Assembly (NCBI RefSeq): GCF_002113885.1
Contig: NW_018408917.1
Span: 124,001 to 188,000, forward strand
Direction: 5' to 3'
Origin: Mizuhopecten yessoensis
Lineage: Eukaryota
DNA: 64,000 bases
Shown here: positions 38,764-51,381 of the stretch, piece after piece
Position numbering within the stretch: the first letter of the stretch is position 1
Layout: the number at the start of each line of letters is the position of its first letter
The notes under the pieces: model-generated
Databases searched by the model: none
Seen by the model: the letters and a program-made list of their open reading frames with translations, nothing else
What the model was told of the DNA's origin: nothing
Made by a program: the position numbers and the translations under genes

Positions 38764-41700
38764 TTACTTGATATCTATTGTGTAACACTGACCTCGAACA
38801 CGCCCAGGCAAGGTAAACTGGATCTTCTCCGCACTGCGACAAACCTTCCGACAGTTCCTGTAGACAATTCACATGAACGATTATCACCAGGATGTACATC
38901 ATACAAATGTCTTACAGTTAGAAGGAACATTATGGATGCTTTTCTGTGCAACAGCATGACTTGTCAGTATTGTGTGGTCATTTCACACATATGGCAAGAA
39001 GTGCAGCATTGCCCAATAAAGCTGAAGGTTGCCCTATTTTATTTCGCAAAATTGTTCTGAGGCGCTTTACAATATATGAATTATGGTCGCTCTGGGATAT
39101 CAGAAGCACATAGACATAAATATCTGAGGCGTAAAAACATTTTTATTTACACCTAGCAATTAACATGCAATCAATTTTAAAAGCCAATGCAATGGTTAAA
39201 GAATGTTTAAGTAGCCTACAATACTTCCCTAACTACTTCTTATATAACCTGTCAACATTCACAGACTGGTATTTATTCTTCACACATATATGAATACTTA
39301 CAACGCTCCCTCCCTTTCTATGTGGTACGGCTCCGAACATCCCAAGAGAAGGACATGATAGGCATTGTTGACATTAGAGAGCGAGTCAAACTGAACTGTA
39401 AGATAATTAATAACATAATCAGTAATAAAAAAAAAATAGTTTTAATTGTAACGAGAACAATTACACAAGACCCTGAACTGTCTCTTTTTGCAAATGATGG
39501 ATTCGAAAGAGTGTGCACCATCATTATACACTAACATACTAAGTTTGAACACAATCAGACACACAGAGTGTCGGTTAGCTTCACCCTGGCGTCCACCTAC
39601 ACATATTTCAGTCAATCGGAGGCAACGATCGAAAACAAAACGCGTAACTAAAAGAATCTGCACTTGTCAACCAATGTCTCTGTGAAGTTTCATAAATATC
39701 AAGCAAGTGGTTTCTGAGAAACCAGTTTGGCAGAAGAAAAATAAGAAAGATTAATAAGCAGAAGAAACGCAGCGATAAAAACCACAACTTCGTTTTGAGA
39801 CTTAATAATCATCAAGTTACATGATTCTGGAATACACATTCTCAAATGGGGCGAAAGAGTGGCACTTTGTTAAACGGTTGGTGAGCCAGGAAAGAAGAGA
39901 GTAAGCATAGCAGGAAAATGGCAGAAAGATTAGAGAGCCATGTCTTATTAAAATTTGATCTTCGGTCCAATACAAATCAGTAAACGGGAACAATGCGAAG
40001 ATCTTATTTTAACGTGGCATACCAGTTAACGGGAGCGACATTAATCAGAAATAACTTCAATGCAAAATGTGTATATTTATTCTCACCAATGTAAGAATCG
40101 TTGACTGGCAACTTGTGATCTGAGCATTGATACTGGTCATCCTGGAACATACAGGCAGTAACAAATATATCATTAACAGTAACAAATATATTAGTAACAA
40201 ATATATCAGTAAAAAATATATCAGTAACAGTACCAAATGTATCAGTAACAGTAACAAAAATATCAGTAACAAATATATTAGTAACAGTAACAAATATATC
40301 AGTAATAGTAACAAATATATCAGTAACAGTAACAAATATATCAGTTACAGTAATAAATATATCAGTAACAGTAATAAATATATCAGTAACAGTAACAAAT
40401 ATATCAGTAACAGAAATAAATATATCAGTAACAGTAACTAATATATCAATAACAATGCATATCAGTAACAGTAACAAATATAACAGTAACGAAAACAAAT
40501 ATATCAACAACAGTAACAAATGTATCAATAACAGTAACAAATGTATCAATAACGGTAACAAGTATATCAGTAACAGTAACAAATATATCAGTAACAGTAA
40601 CAAATATATTAGTAACAGTAACAAATATATCAGTAACAGGTAAAAAATATATCAATAACAGTAACAAATATATCAATAACAGTAACAAATATATCAGTAA
40701 CGATAACAAATATATCAATAACGGTAACAAGTATATCAGTAACAGTTACAAATATAACAGTAACAACAAATGTATCAGTAACAGTAACAAGTATATCATT
40801 AACAAATATATCAGTTACAGTAATAAATATATCATTAACGATAACAAATAATCAGTAACAGTAACTAATATATCAATAACAGTAACAAATGTATCAATAA
40901 CAGTAACAAATATATCAGTAACGATAACAAATAATCAGTAACAGTAACAAATGTATAAATAACAGTAACAAATGTATCAGTAACAGTAACTAATATATCA
41001 ACAACAGTAACAAGTATATCAGTAACAAATATATCAGTAACAGTAACAAATATATCAACAACAGTAACAAATGTATCAGTAACAGTAACAAATGTATCAA
41101 TAACAGTAACAAATGTATCAGTAACAGTAACAAGTATATCAATTCCAAATATATCAGTAACAGTTACAAATATAACAGTAACGATAACAAATATATCAAC
41201 AACAGTAACAAATGTATCAGTAACAGTAACAAATATATCAGTAACAGTAACAAATGTATCAATAACAGTAACAAATATATCAGTAACGATAACAAATATA
41301 TCAATTACAAATATATCAGTAACAGTTACAAATATAACAGTAACGATAACAAATATATCAGTAACAGTAACAAATGTATCAATAACAGTAACAAATATAT
41401 CAGTAACAGTAACAAATATATCAGTAACAGTAACAAATATATCAGTAACAGTAACAAATATATCAGTAACAGTAACAAATATATCAGTAACAGTAACAAA
41501 TATATCAGTAACAGTAACAAATATATCAGTAACAGTAACAAATATATCAGTAACAGTAACAAATATATCAGTAACAGTAACAAATATATCAGTAACAGTA
41601 ACAAATATATCAGTAACAGTAACAAATATATCAGTAACAGTAACAAATATATCAGTAACAGTAACAAATATATCAGTAACAGTAACAAATATATCAGTAA

Positions 41701-44306
41701 CAGTAACAAATATATCAGTAACAGTAACAAATATATCAGTAACAGTAACAAATATATCAGTAACAGTAACAAATATATCAGTAACAGTAACAAATATATC
41801 AGTAACAGTAACAAATATATCAGTAACTGTAACAAATATATCAGTAACAGTAACAAATATATCAGTAACAGTAACAAATATATCAGTAACAGTAACAAAT
41901 ATATCAGTAACAGTAACAAATATATCAGTAACAGTAACAAATATATCAGTAACAGTAACAAATATATCAGTAACAGTAACAAATATATCAGTAACAGTAA
42001 CAAATATATCAGTAACAGTAACAAATATATCAGTAACAGTAACAAATATATCAGTAACAGTAACAAATATATCAGTAACAGTAACAAATATATCAGTAAC
42101 AGTAACAAATATATCAGTAACAGTAACAAATATATCAGTAACAGTAACAAATATATCAGTAACAGTAACAAATGTATCAATAACAGTAACAAATATATCA
42201 GTAACAGTAACAAATATATCAATAACAGTAACAAATATATCAGTAACGATAACAAATATATCAATAACAGTAACAAATATATCAGTAACAGTAACTAATA
42301 TATCAACAACAGTAACAAATATATCAGTAACAGTAACAAATATATCAGTAACAGTAACAAATGTATCAGTAACAGTAACAAATGTATCAATAACAGTAAT
42401 GAATATATCAGTAACAAATGTATCAGTAACAGTAACAAATATATCAGTAACAGTAACAAATGTATCAGTAACAGTAACAAATGTATCAATAACAGTAACA
42501 AATATATCAGTAACAGTAACAAATGTATCAAAAACAGTAACTTATATATCAACAACAGTAACAAATGTATCAATAATAGTAACAAATGTATCAGTAACAG
42601 TAACAAATGTATCAATAACAGTAACAAATATATCAGTAACAAATACAAATATATCAGTAACAGTAACAAATATATCAGTAACAGTAACAAATATATCAGT
42701 AACAAATGTATCAATAACAGTAATAAATGTATCAGTAACAAATGTATCAGTAACAGTAACTAATATATCAACAACAGTAACAAATATATCAGTAACAGTA
42801 ACAAATGTATCAGTAACAGTAACAAATGTATCAGAACGTAACAGTAAAAAATATATCAGTAACGATAACAAATATATCAGTAACGATAACAAATATATCA
42901 GAAACAGTAACAAATATATCAGTAATAGTAACAAAAAGATTAGTAAAAGCAACTTATATATCAACAACAGTAACAAATATATCAGTAATAGTAACAAATA
43001 TAACAGTAACAGTAACAAATGTATCAGTAACGGTAACAAATACATCAACTATATAAGTCGGATTGATTATCAATGTTACAATGTGAAAAATAGGTATTTT
43101 ACTTGACAGGTAAATCAAAACATTTATATATTTTACATTGTAGCAGATGTTGATATAACATCTTTAGCTCCGTAGTCATCGGTCGCCACATATTCAATTA
43201 AATGCATAGCATCGTTTATATATTTCTTATCAAGAAACACCAACAATTTTGAAACCATTCTATTTAATCGTATCTGTGGTGACCGATGACGCGTTGCACA
43301 CGATAAATGAAGTTAAAATTATTTGATTCGCAAATAACATTATAAAGTAACTGACACATATTGTAAGTGTATTAAACGTAATTTAACAATACTGTATGGT
43401 TATTTCATGGAATATATCAGACCACGACAGTGCAATGAACGTGTGGGAATATCGCATACAACTGAAATATATATAGTGCTCCTGTATAGTATCGCTATTT
43501 GATTTGATAAACAGTTCATTCAAAATGTGCTATGATTCAAATGAGAAAAAATAACGATATAGGTATTGTTTTTGTTGTTTTGAACGTAAATATTAAGATT
43601 AAACTTCATCTTTTAAAGAATAATTATGGTATACAACACAGTTCCGTGCAAACATATTCTCCCTAATAGAAGACAATTTCTGCGAAATTAATCATTTTCG
43701 TTGGGCTTTATAATTTCGTTGACTTCACTGTTAATCTTCATCCTCGAATTCATATCTCTACATCGTAATTATAGTTCGATATAAAGCTTTTTTCCCGTTT
43801 AAGTGGGTACTCGTATTCCAAGAATCCATGTACCTACACAACCACGAAAGTTTGGCCCCATGAATATATCTTATATCACAGTAGTGTGTGTATGTGTGTT
43901 TGTACAGTTGTTCTATAAATAGATAACGTAATAAGTGTCTAGTTATCTTTTGACATTTGTACGTAGATTGTTTTATCAGTTCGACAGACTATACCTACAA
44001 TACACAAGTCTTTGTTAGAGTGTATGTCGTTATAGAAACTATACTGAAGGTAATCCGACCGTACACACAAGAGTTTTTTAATGCTAAACAATAATGAGTA
44101 AAGCTATATATATATTCACATAAGAAAGTGATATTGATTTCCTGGTATCAATATCTTAGACACATACGTACCTTGTTGAAGTAAACATCTCTTATCCTTC
44201 CGTCCGCCTCTGAATCTACTTTAGAGGTAAACAATTCGTCAGATGAAACTAAAATCACCAGGCACGCAACGACTATTATTGACATGATGCTAGTTACAGC
44301 TGACAT
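38764..44306 (-). CDS. Short secreted protein resembling the start of peptidylglycine alpha-hydroxylating monooxygenase (Cu2_monooxygen N domain), ~125 aa; possibly a pseudogene
   Basis: Exons 44306-44172, 40141-40087, 39395-39302, 38857-38764 splice in phase: MSAVTSIMSIIVVACLVILVSS (signal) DELF...FNK|DDQYQCSDHKLPVNDSYI|VQFDSLSNVNNAYHVLLLGCSEP...GA|LNCRKVCRSAEKIQF...*; matches PHM pattern D.Y.C...YIV.F...HHMLL.GC..P...W.C...C. Confidence 0.65.
40156..43050. repeat. 21-bp satellite array (~2.9 kb)
   Basis: Unit CAGTAACAGTAACAAATATAT; near-perfect core ~41390-42170, degenerate flanks with 15-bp variants. Confidence 0.98.
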
Positions 44307-45189
44307 GGTCGAGTCCTTTTGTAAAAGTGTTACACTACTATATTGATTCTAGTTGATGATTTAAACCATGATTACTTATAGCAGCGTCATATAATTAAAA
44401 ACACAATGTTTCTCTAGTCTCTTGTTAGGTAATACAGGTGATAAGTATATATCCGAAAAGCATCAATAAATAAACACGTCACATACATGTAGATATGGGA
44501 AAACCAAACTCTGTCAGTGCTGATATGCGAGTTCAATATCATTAAGGTCCCAAGAAACTATCAATATATTTTCGATAGAGAAGTAATGACGAGCCACTCA
44601 TTATATAGGACGTTATCGCTATATTTAGACTTGGTAGTATATCCTAAAAACCATCCGGAACACCTCGGTATTTTCTCGCAGATAAACACGGAAAGGCCTG
44701 GTGGTGTTTTCGGGAGCTTAAATAGTATACATTTAACAAATGACATGTAATTCCTCTTTGTCCTCGACTGTGAGTATCCGTTGGAATTCGGTGTCGCATT
44801 GGACATAAAATTGACTTATTGAGAGCAACAAAAGTTATTAGGATACTTATCACTTCTATACTGTATGCTAGCTGGTTGTACTTTATTATTTATTATTCAA
44901 ATCGAACTGCATCAACACTAAAGTCAATTCTAAAAATCGATCGACACAGACACATAATCGAAACACTGAAAAAACACGCGAGCATGAACCCAGTGGGCAC
45001 GTAAAAAAGGCGACAAATACAACGCAAGAAACTACAGATCCATATCACTCACACGCATCTCATGCAAAAAGGTTGAAAAATAATCAATATAGCGCAAGCA
45101 GAAAATATCTATATAACCTGCAGCAAAGCGTTCACCCCTCATGATCTTCTGCATTCAAACAAGACATCGCACCAAAAACATAACATACT

Positions 45190-45680
45190 AACAGACTTCA
45201 TCTTAAAAGACTTTGCAAAAGCTTTTGAGAAAGTCCCACACAAATGGTTACAGTTTACCAATCGAAAGACCGGGAACATACTTGATCATATCACCAAAAG
45301 AGTTATACTTGAAAGTAGATACTCAAGCAAAATACATGTAGCGTCTGAAGTGTTTCGAAGTTCCTTTTTGAACCCAGCCCCCTTCCAGATTATCCTAAAC
45401 AACTTCCAAAATACATTTAACACAGTACACTTAGGCTATTCGACGGCGACATCATTCTATTCTTCCACAAATAACCATAACAACACATAAAACGAGCATA
45501 ACTGGGATTCAGCTAGAAAATGAGAAAATTACTTGTTCATGCAGTTTCATCCAATAAATGTCCATACTCATAATAAAACTGAAACGCATGAAAATACGCT
45601 CCACGACCAACCATTAGAATTGCTAAACTGAAGTAATATCTGGGACTGACAAATCCGTCACCTTTCCACTGTCGATCCCA
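45190..45680 (+). mobile_element. Old, heavily decayed CR1-group LINE reverse transcriptase fragment
   Basis: Ordered degenerate motifs DFAKAFEKVPH (~45210), VASEVFRSSFLNP (VTSGVPQGSVLGP), LRLFDGD (RLFADD), MQFHP, YLGL. Confidence 0.75.
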
Positions 45681-45901
45681 CATGAATAGTTAACCCATGT
45701 TGCTCTCCAGAAATTTCATTCCCGGTAAAAGCTGCAATAACTTTTATAGGAACGGGTAGGTACACTATGTACATTTGTAAGTAGATGTTAAGTATGCGTA
45801 GTAATGTCCCTTCCTTTCACAGTGGAAACCACATACTTGTTAGATCTACATGACACGTGTTGTCGGTGAACAGAAGACGTTTTACCCCTCCGACACTCCT
45901 G

Positions 45902-46170
45902 GGCGAATCAATATTCATTAAACCGTTCCCATGTTCAAGCATGGGTTCTGTGCTCAAAGCAACTTTCTTGCAACTAACTTAAATAATGTAAAACGAACAA
46001 AAGGTAAAATGTAAACATTGAAAACAGCTTTCTGCATTAAGTATCTTCAATTTGTTTCCAAAGCATTGATAAAATAATATTTTGTTTTTTATTTATCTAT
46101 AACCGGAACAAGAAATTGGGTTTGAGAACAAAATCCATGCTTAAGCATGAGTGTGTCATGACTACGGGCG
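45902..46170. mobile_element. MITE family B (PIF/Harbinger-like)
   Basis: Diverged TIRs; perfect CTG TSD (45899-45901, 46171-46173). Confidence 0.75.
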
Positions 46171-46749
46171 CTGGTCTTGATCTCCTTGTACTTTTTCACG
46201 GGTCTCCAATAAATTCGTCCCTTGTTCATATTGTGTCATAGTTTTACCGATATTGTGCTCGAATTATGGTTTAGCTGACACTTCGGTATTCTATTTTTTC
46301 AATATTTTGTATATATTCAAAAGACAAAAGGAAAACCTAACTTTAATCTTAACTAAACTTTATTCAAATTGATAAATGAACTTACGAATATTTGATTACC
46401 TAAATAAATAATGTACATAGGTCAAATTAAGATTTTTAAAAAGTAGAAAATAAATCATACAATAAGTAATGGAAATTGTGTACATTTTTGTTGTATTACC
46501 CGTAGATAATCCCACAACCTCAAAATGTTATAATGAACCAAGAAACCGGAATGGTTACCAATAGGAAACTGTCCGGGACTGTTGTCAAACTGTAGGAATA
46601 ATAGGGATAGCTCGTAACGTGATGTAAAATTCATACTTTGATGTAAATTCCCGTATGATTTCCGCATTATATTAGTCCTCTTACAGAAATGGTAACCATG
46701 GCAAACAAGACGTATAACTGCAACACCGACTGCTTCACACATTCTTAAA

Positions 46750-47130
46750 TACAACAAGTAATTTAGATTGAAACGGGTGTAGTTGAAATAATAGCAGGTA
46801 ATTAAAATTGTGTTTGGTACAATGTTATCGAAACTGTAACTGGTACATGTAGCTGAAATTGAAACCAAACATGAAACGGCAACAAGTAATTTAAATTATA
46901 TCAAGTTACTAAGTTGCAGGAGGTAACTGAAATTGCAACAAATAATTGAAATCGTACCAAGCAATCGAAATTGTAACATGTAATCGAGATAGTTACTGGT
47001 AATTGAAAGTGAAACAAGTAAATGAAATGGCAGCAGTTAATTTAAACTGTAACAGGTAATCGATTTTTACAGTTAATTGCAATAAAAACAGGTATACAAT
47101 TTAAATTGTAACAGGTTAATGAAATTAAAT
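46750..47130. repeat. Highly degenerate ~21-bp tandem repeat
   Basis: Recurring AACA(A/G)GTAATT(G/T)AAA(T/C)TG. Confidence 0.55.
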
Positions 47131-48367
47131 AATGAACTAATATATAGTAATTACAACACATATTTCAAATATTTCCTTCAGTTTCTTGAATTGTAAATGA
47201 TATAATGTGAATTGAGATTCTTTATAACATTTTGATCACATGACATAAAACATGTACCTTAATAGAATTCCCCAATGCCAGATTTCCGTCAGTGTCTATG
47301 GTCCTATGAACACTTACAATGCAATTTTGTTTCAGCCCTTCATTATTGAGAAACATCTATAGCTAGAATTACATTTCACTTGTTGATATACATGTATGTA
47401 TGTATGTTGCTTTCTAGTTTATGTTTGTAACTTTCTAAAAATCGCTCAAGATGTTTTCCCATCGATCAAGACCAAAAGTGGAAGTAAGCCGAGTTCACTT
47501 AGGGTAAAAATGGAATACAGAAAGGTGTTTGGAAAAATGAAATTCGAAGTGAAAACACTTTATAAAACTTTTAAATATTATCATACGTCATTTAATATAT
47601 ATAGTTCCCTATTTCATGAGAATATTGTATGTGTAGAATACCAAAGCATACTTAAGGAAGGAGTCAATTTCACTTTTGAGCTTTTGATTTTTGCTGTAGC
47701 AGTCTTCTCCATGAACCTAAAAAATTCAAGGTTTGCAAGCTAGGAAGACAAAGGATATATATAATCATTTTAATCTGTATAAAAAGGCAAGAAATGGCCT
47801 AATATATACAACAGGTCAGTCTACTTGTTGCAAATTTATGTTTATTACTAATTCAAGGTAAAGGTTACCACTTCATTTAGTTAAAGTCGCGAAAAAGAGT
47901 TCCACTTGGAGTTTTTTAATTGAAGTCTCCCTTCTTATATAAGATGAAGTAAACCTAAAGGATTAGAGTAACCTCCCCTGTCAAGATTTTTATAAAATTT
48001 GCCTATGACTTGAACTCATTTTGATGCTATTCAATTAAAATTCCTAGATGATAACATTGATAAAGCAAAAACCTTGTGATGTAAAGATCCCAAATTCGAC
48101 CCCTGCTGTTTTTGTAACTTATTTTTTAATCTATTTTTCGTCAAATGTCGGGGGGAAAAATCTGTAAAATGCATCTCATCATATGAACAGTTAAGGAAAG
48201 GCTTAAGATTTACTTCACAACAGTGACAATGGTAATATTATAGTTTAACACTTAATGAAATTCAAATGTAAAACGAAATTTTCCTAAAGCAAACACATTA
48301 CTTTCTATCCTGATAAGGGTTTGTTACTTTTAGCACATGGTGTTCATTATGGCACTAAGAATGATAG

Positions 48368-48745
48368 AGGATATTCAATGGTTTCCTTTTGAATATAATG
48401 GAATAGAATACATATTCAATGGTTTTCTCCATTAATATAACATATTTAATCAATGATGTCCTCCTGAATATAACATATATTTACTTGTTTCCTTTCGAAT
48501 AAAACATGCTTGCACTGCCTTCCTGTTGAACAGGACACTAGTTCCAAGGTTTCCACTTGGATATATTCAATGGTTTCTTTTTGAATATAATGGAATATGA
48601 TACATATTCAATGGTTTTCCTCATTAATATCAATGATGTCTTCCTGACTAAAACATATATTCAATATTGTTTCCTTTTGAATAGATCAGGTTTTTAATGG
48701 CTTCCTGTTGAATATATTGACACTTATTCCAAGATTTCCTCTTTG
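48368..48745. repeat. Degenerate tandem repeat (~31-bp subunits in a ~190-bp dimer)
   Basis: GGATA(TA)TTCAATGGTTTC.TTTTGAATATAATGGAATA recurs at ~48369 and ~48559. Confidence 0.7.
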
Positions 48746-51381
48746 ATCAGAAAATGCATATACATATGAAGTACTGTATACAAAACAGTATGCACTCTGC
48801 AAAAAAATGACATGGGACACCAATGGTTATCCAGTCTATCTATTGGAGGTAGAATGTGTTTCATTCACGCTGCATAACCTATGCTATAAATCAAGGTTTG
48901 TTAAACAATTTCTATGTGGCTTAGACAATGTACCGCTGTACATGAATTCACAGCAGGTGATGTAACAGTTACGAGTATGTATAGTAGGTAACTATACATC
49001 AAACGATAGGATAAGTAGAAGTAACCAAACTACAGAAATGACGCTCTGGAGAGAGCCTCCACAGTAGAGTTGTAGACAATAGTTATATAAACACTTACAC
49101 AGTACACCCTAATTAAATATATATACCAGTGTATACAACTGAGTACAGGCGCTTAATAAGAGACATATAAATGTAAAAAATATGTAAATTTATCATGACA
49201 AATTTAGCACATAATATACTCTACATGTAAATTCTATGGTAAGGGCACACCTAACATGCGGTCAATATGGAATTCAATAGTGACGGGAAAATATTTACTG
49301 GACAAAACAATTCAAATACAGAGTATAACATAATATAAAAGTTTTCATTTTCTCCCATTGAACAAAATACAAAACATGTAATCTTGAAAACATACACCGA
49401 TAATAGCACATATTGAAGTACTTGTGTATAAGTGTATTCCATATGATGATTCTTTATTGAATGATTTTATTTAATCAAAAAGAAATTTTCTATTTTCAAA
49501 ATATGATGCCATTTAATTGAAAATGCACTGAATTTTAAATGCATGTCATGTTATCAAAAATTGCTACTAAATGAACCTTCTTTGTTCAAAGATACCTTTT
49601 CTACAAATATATATGCCCAACCATACTTCATTCACTTGTGTGATATTGACTACAAACATACATGCCACCAGATCAATTATTATAAAATGGTACGACAACT
49701 GAAAATAGAAACTTAACAGGTGGAGTTTGACAACTTTATTCTATGCTCTTTTTTTCCTTCAAAAGGATTTCCACTGATTTCCTTGGGTCTAATTCAATCT
49801 GACATTTTTGGCAATTTGATAATTTTGGCAATCAATTTGGTAAGTATATTAAGTGTATAATTATAGACTCTATTATACATAATTGTACAATAATGAGTTA
49901 TTACTTTTAAGAGGTAGACATTACAAGTAATTTCAGTCAAACATTCTTAAAAGTCTGCCTCTATTACCAGTAAATGACCACCCATACTTACTCTTTTGTA
50001 AGTCCTTAACTGTTGGTCCACATTGTAGTGTTTTCATTATTATCTTAGCAGCAGAAAGACACCACTTTATAGTTCTATCAAAGTGTGGCTACTTAACACA
50101 AGTTTTACTTTACAAGGGTTTTTGAATAGATGCATCCAAATTCTTTCTTGGGTGACAATGAACTTATGTTTAGCATTAAGTGTAGCCTAGGTCAAATGTA
50201 ACCTGTATAACACAATCTCAGTCTACTTAAAATACTTTTACATATCGTGGATTCATACATGTACATATGAGAATTTCTTTTGTTACTGCTGGTCAATGTT
50301 CACCCATATTATTTATGCCTACTGAATTTATGTTAAGAAGACCATGAAAACACAATAATGACCTACAACAGTATGCAACAAAATATCCAGGTGATGCTGA
50401 TGTTAACTTAATGCCTTTGTGAAAAATTGAAAACAAATCATCCTTATGAAGGTACATGTATATATTATACTGAAAACATACTCCTTGATTTGTTCTATAT
50501 TTTGGTCATATTAAACCATAGTAACAAACAAATACATCAAAATCTCTTTCAATACAAATGACATTTTTAAAGAATTGTTTATACAAATACTTCTGTGTCA
50601 TTACCAATTTATACAAGCTGAATGAAAAAACATCTGAGTTAGGCAATCTACTCAACAAATTACCACTAAACAAAAATATTCAGCCAGTTGCAGCACCGAA
50701 CAACACTGCAGCTCTATGACTAACTTCCATTATACCTTACACCATACACACAACGTTTTCAAATATGTTCTGATGAGTTTTCAAATACATGTTACTGGAA
50801 AAAATGTGATTCAATCCATGACATACATCCAGAATATGCTTTACTTTAGCTTACAAAATTAAAATGATCTTCCATCAACAAAATACAGTGAAACTATGGA
50901 CAGGAAAAAAAAAATCTTCTGGTCTGCGGATGAGGTAGAACATGTCCTAACCAGCAGTATCGCAGTAAAGAATTTCCGATAGATATACAGAATTGATCAT
51001 GCATGAACCTCCATCCAAGAATCTACCAAGCACATCCTGTAAAATCATACTTGATATTTGAGCCTGAGTGGGGTTTTATCGTTAACGTACTCTTTAAGAT
51101 TTTTTTTAAACTTTAAATTTGATATCTTCCATCTCGGACGTACACTTATCATCAACCTTTATAAACGCTTTTTCTCATTTTGTTCATTACATTTCCTTTA
51201 ATATATCGCCAAACACCAAATTTGGGCAAGAAAAAAGGTGGTAGTATCACAAGGTTGGAATGTATACACAATGTCAATGAATTTGTTGAAAAATCAATCA
51301 GAAATACAAATTTTAAACATTACATAGCTAAATGATACACCTATCTTCCATGCCCTGTACTTAAAGATGCCCTCAATGTCT

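Noticed and set aside
40004-43106. Long Leu-rich and Thr/Val/Asn-rich ORFs (up to 316 aa)
   Set aside because: Translation artefacts of the 21-bp satellite; only 40087-40141 looks like a real exon.
46455-47743. 137-aa and 115-aa ORFs
   Set aside because: AT-rich low-information sequence, partly overlapping a degenerate repeat; no domain.
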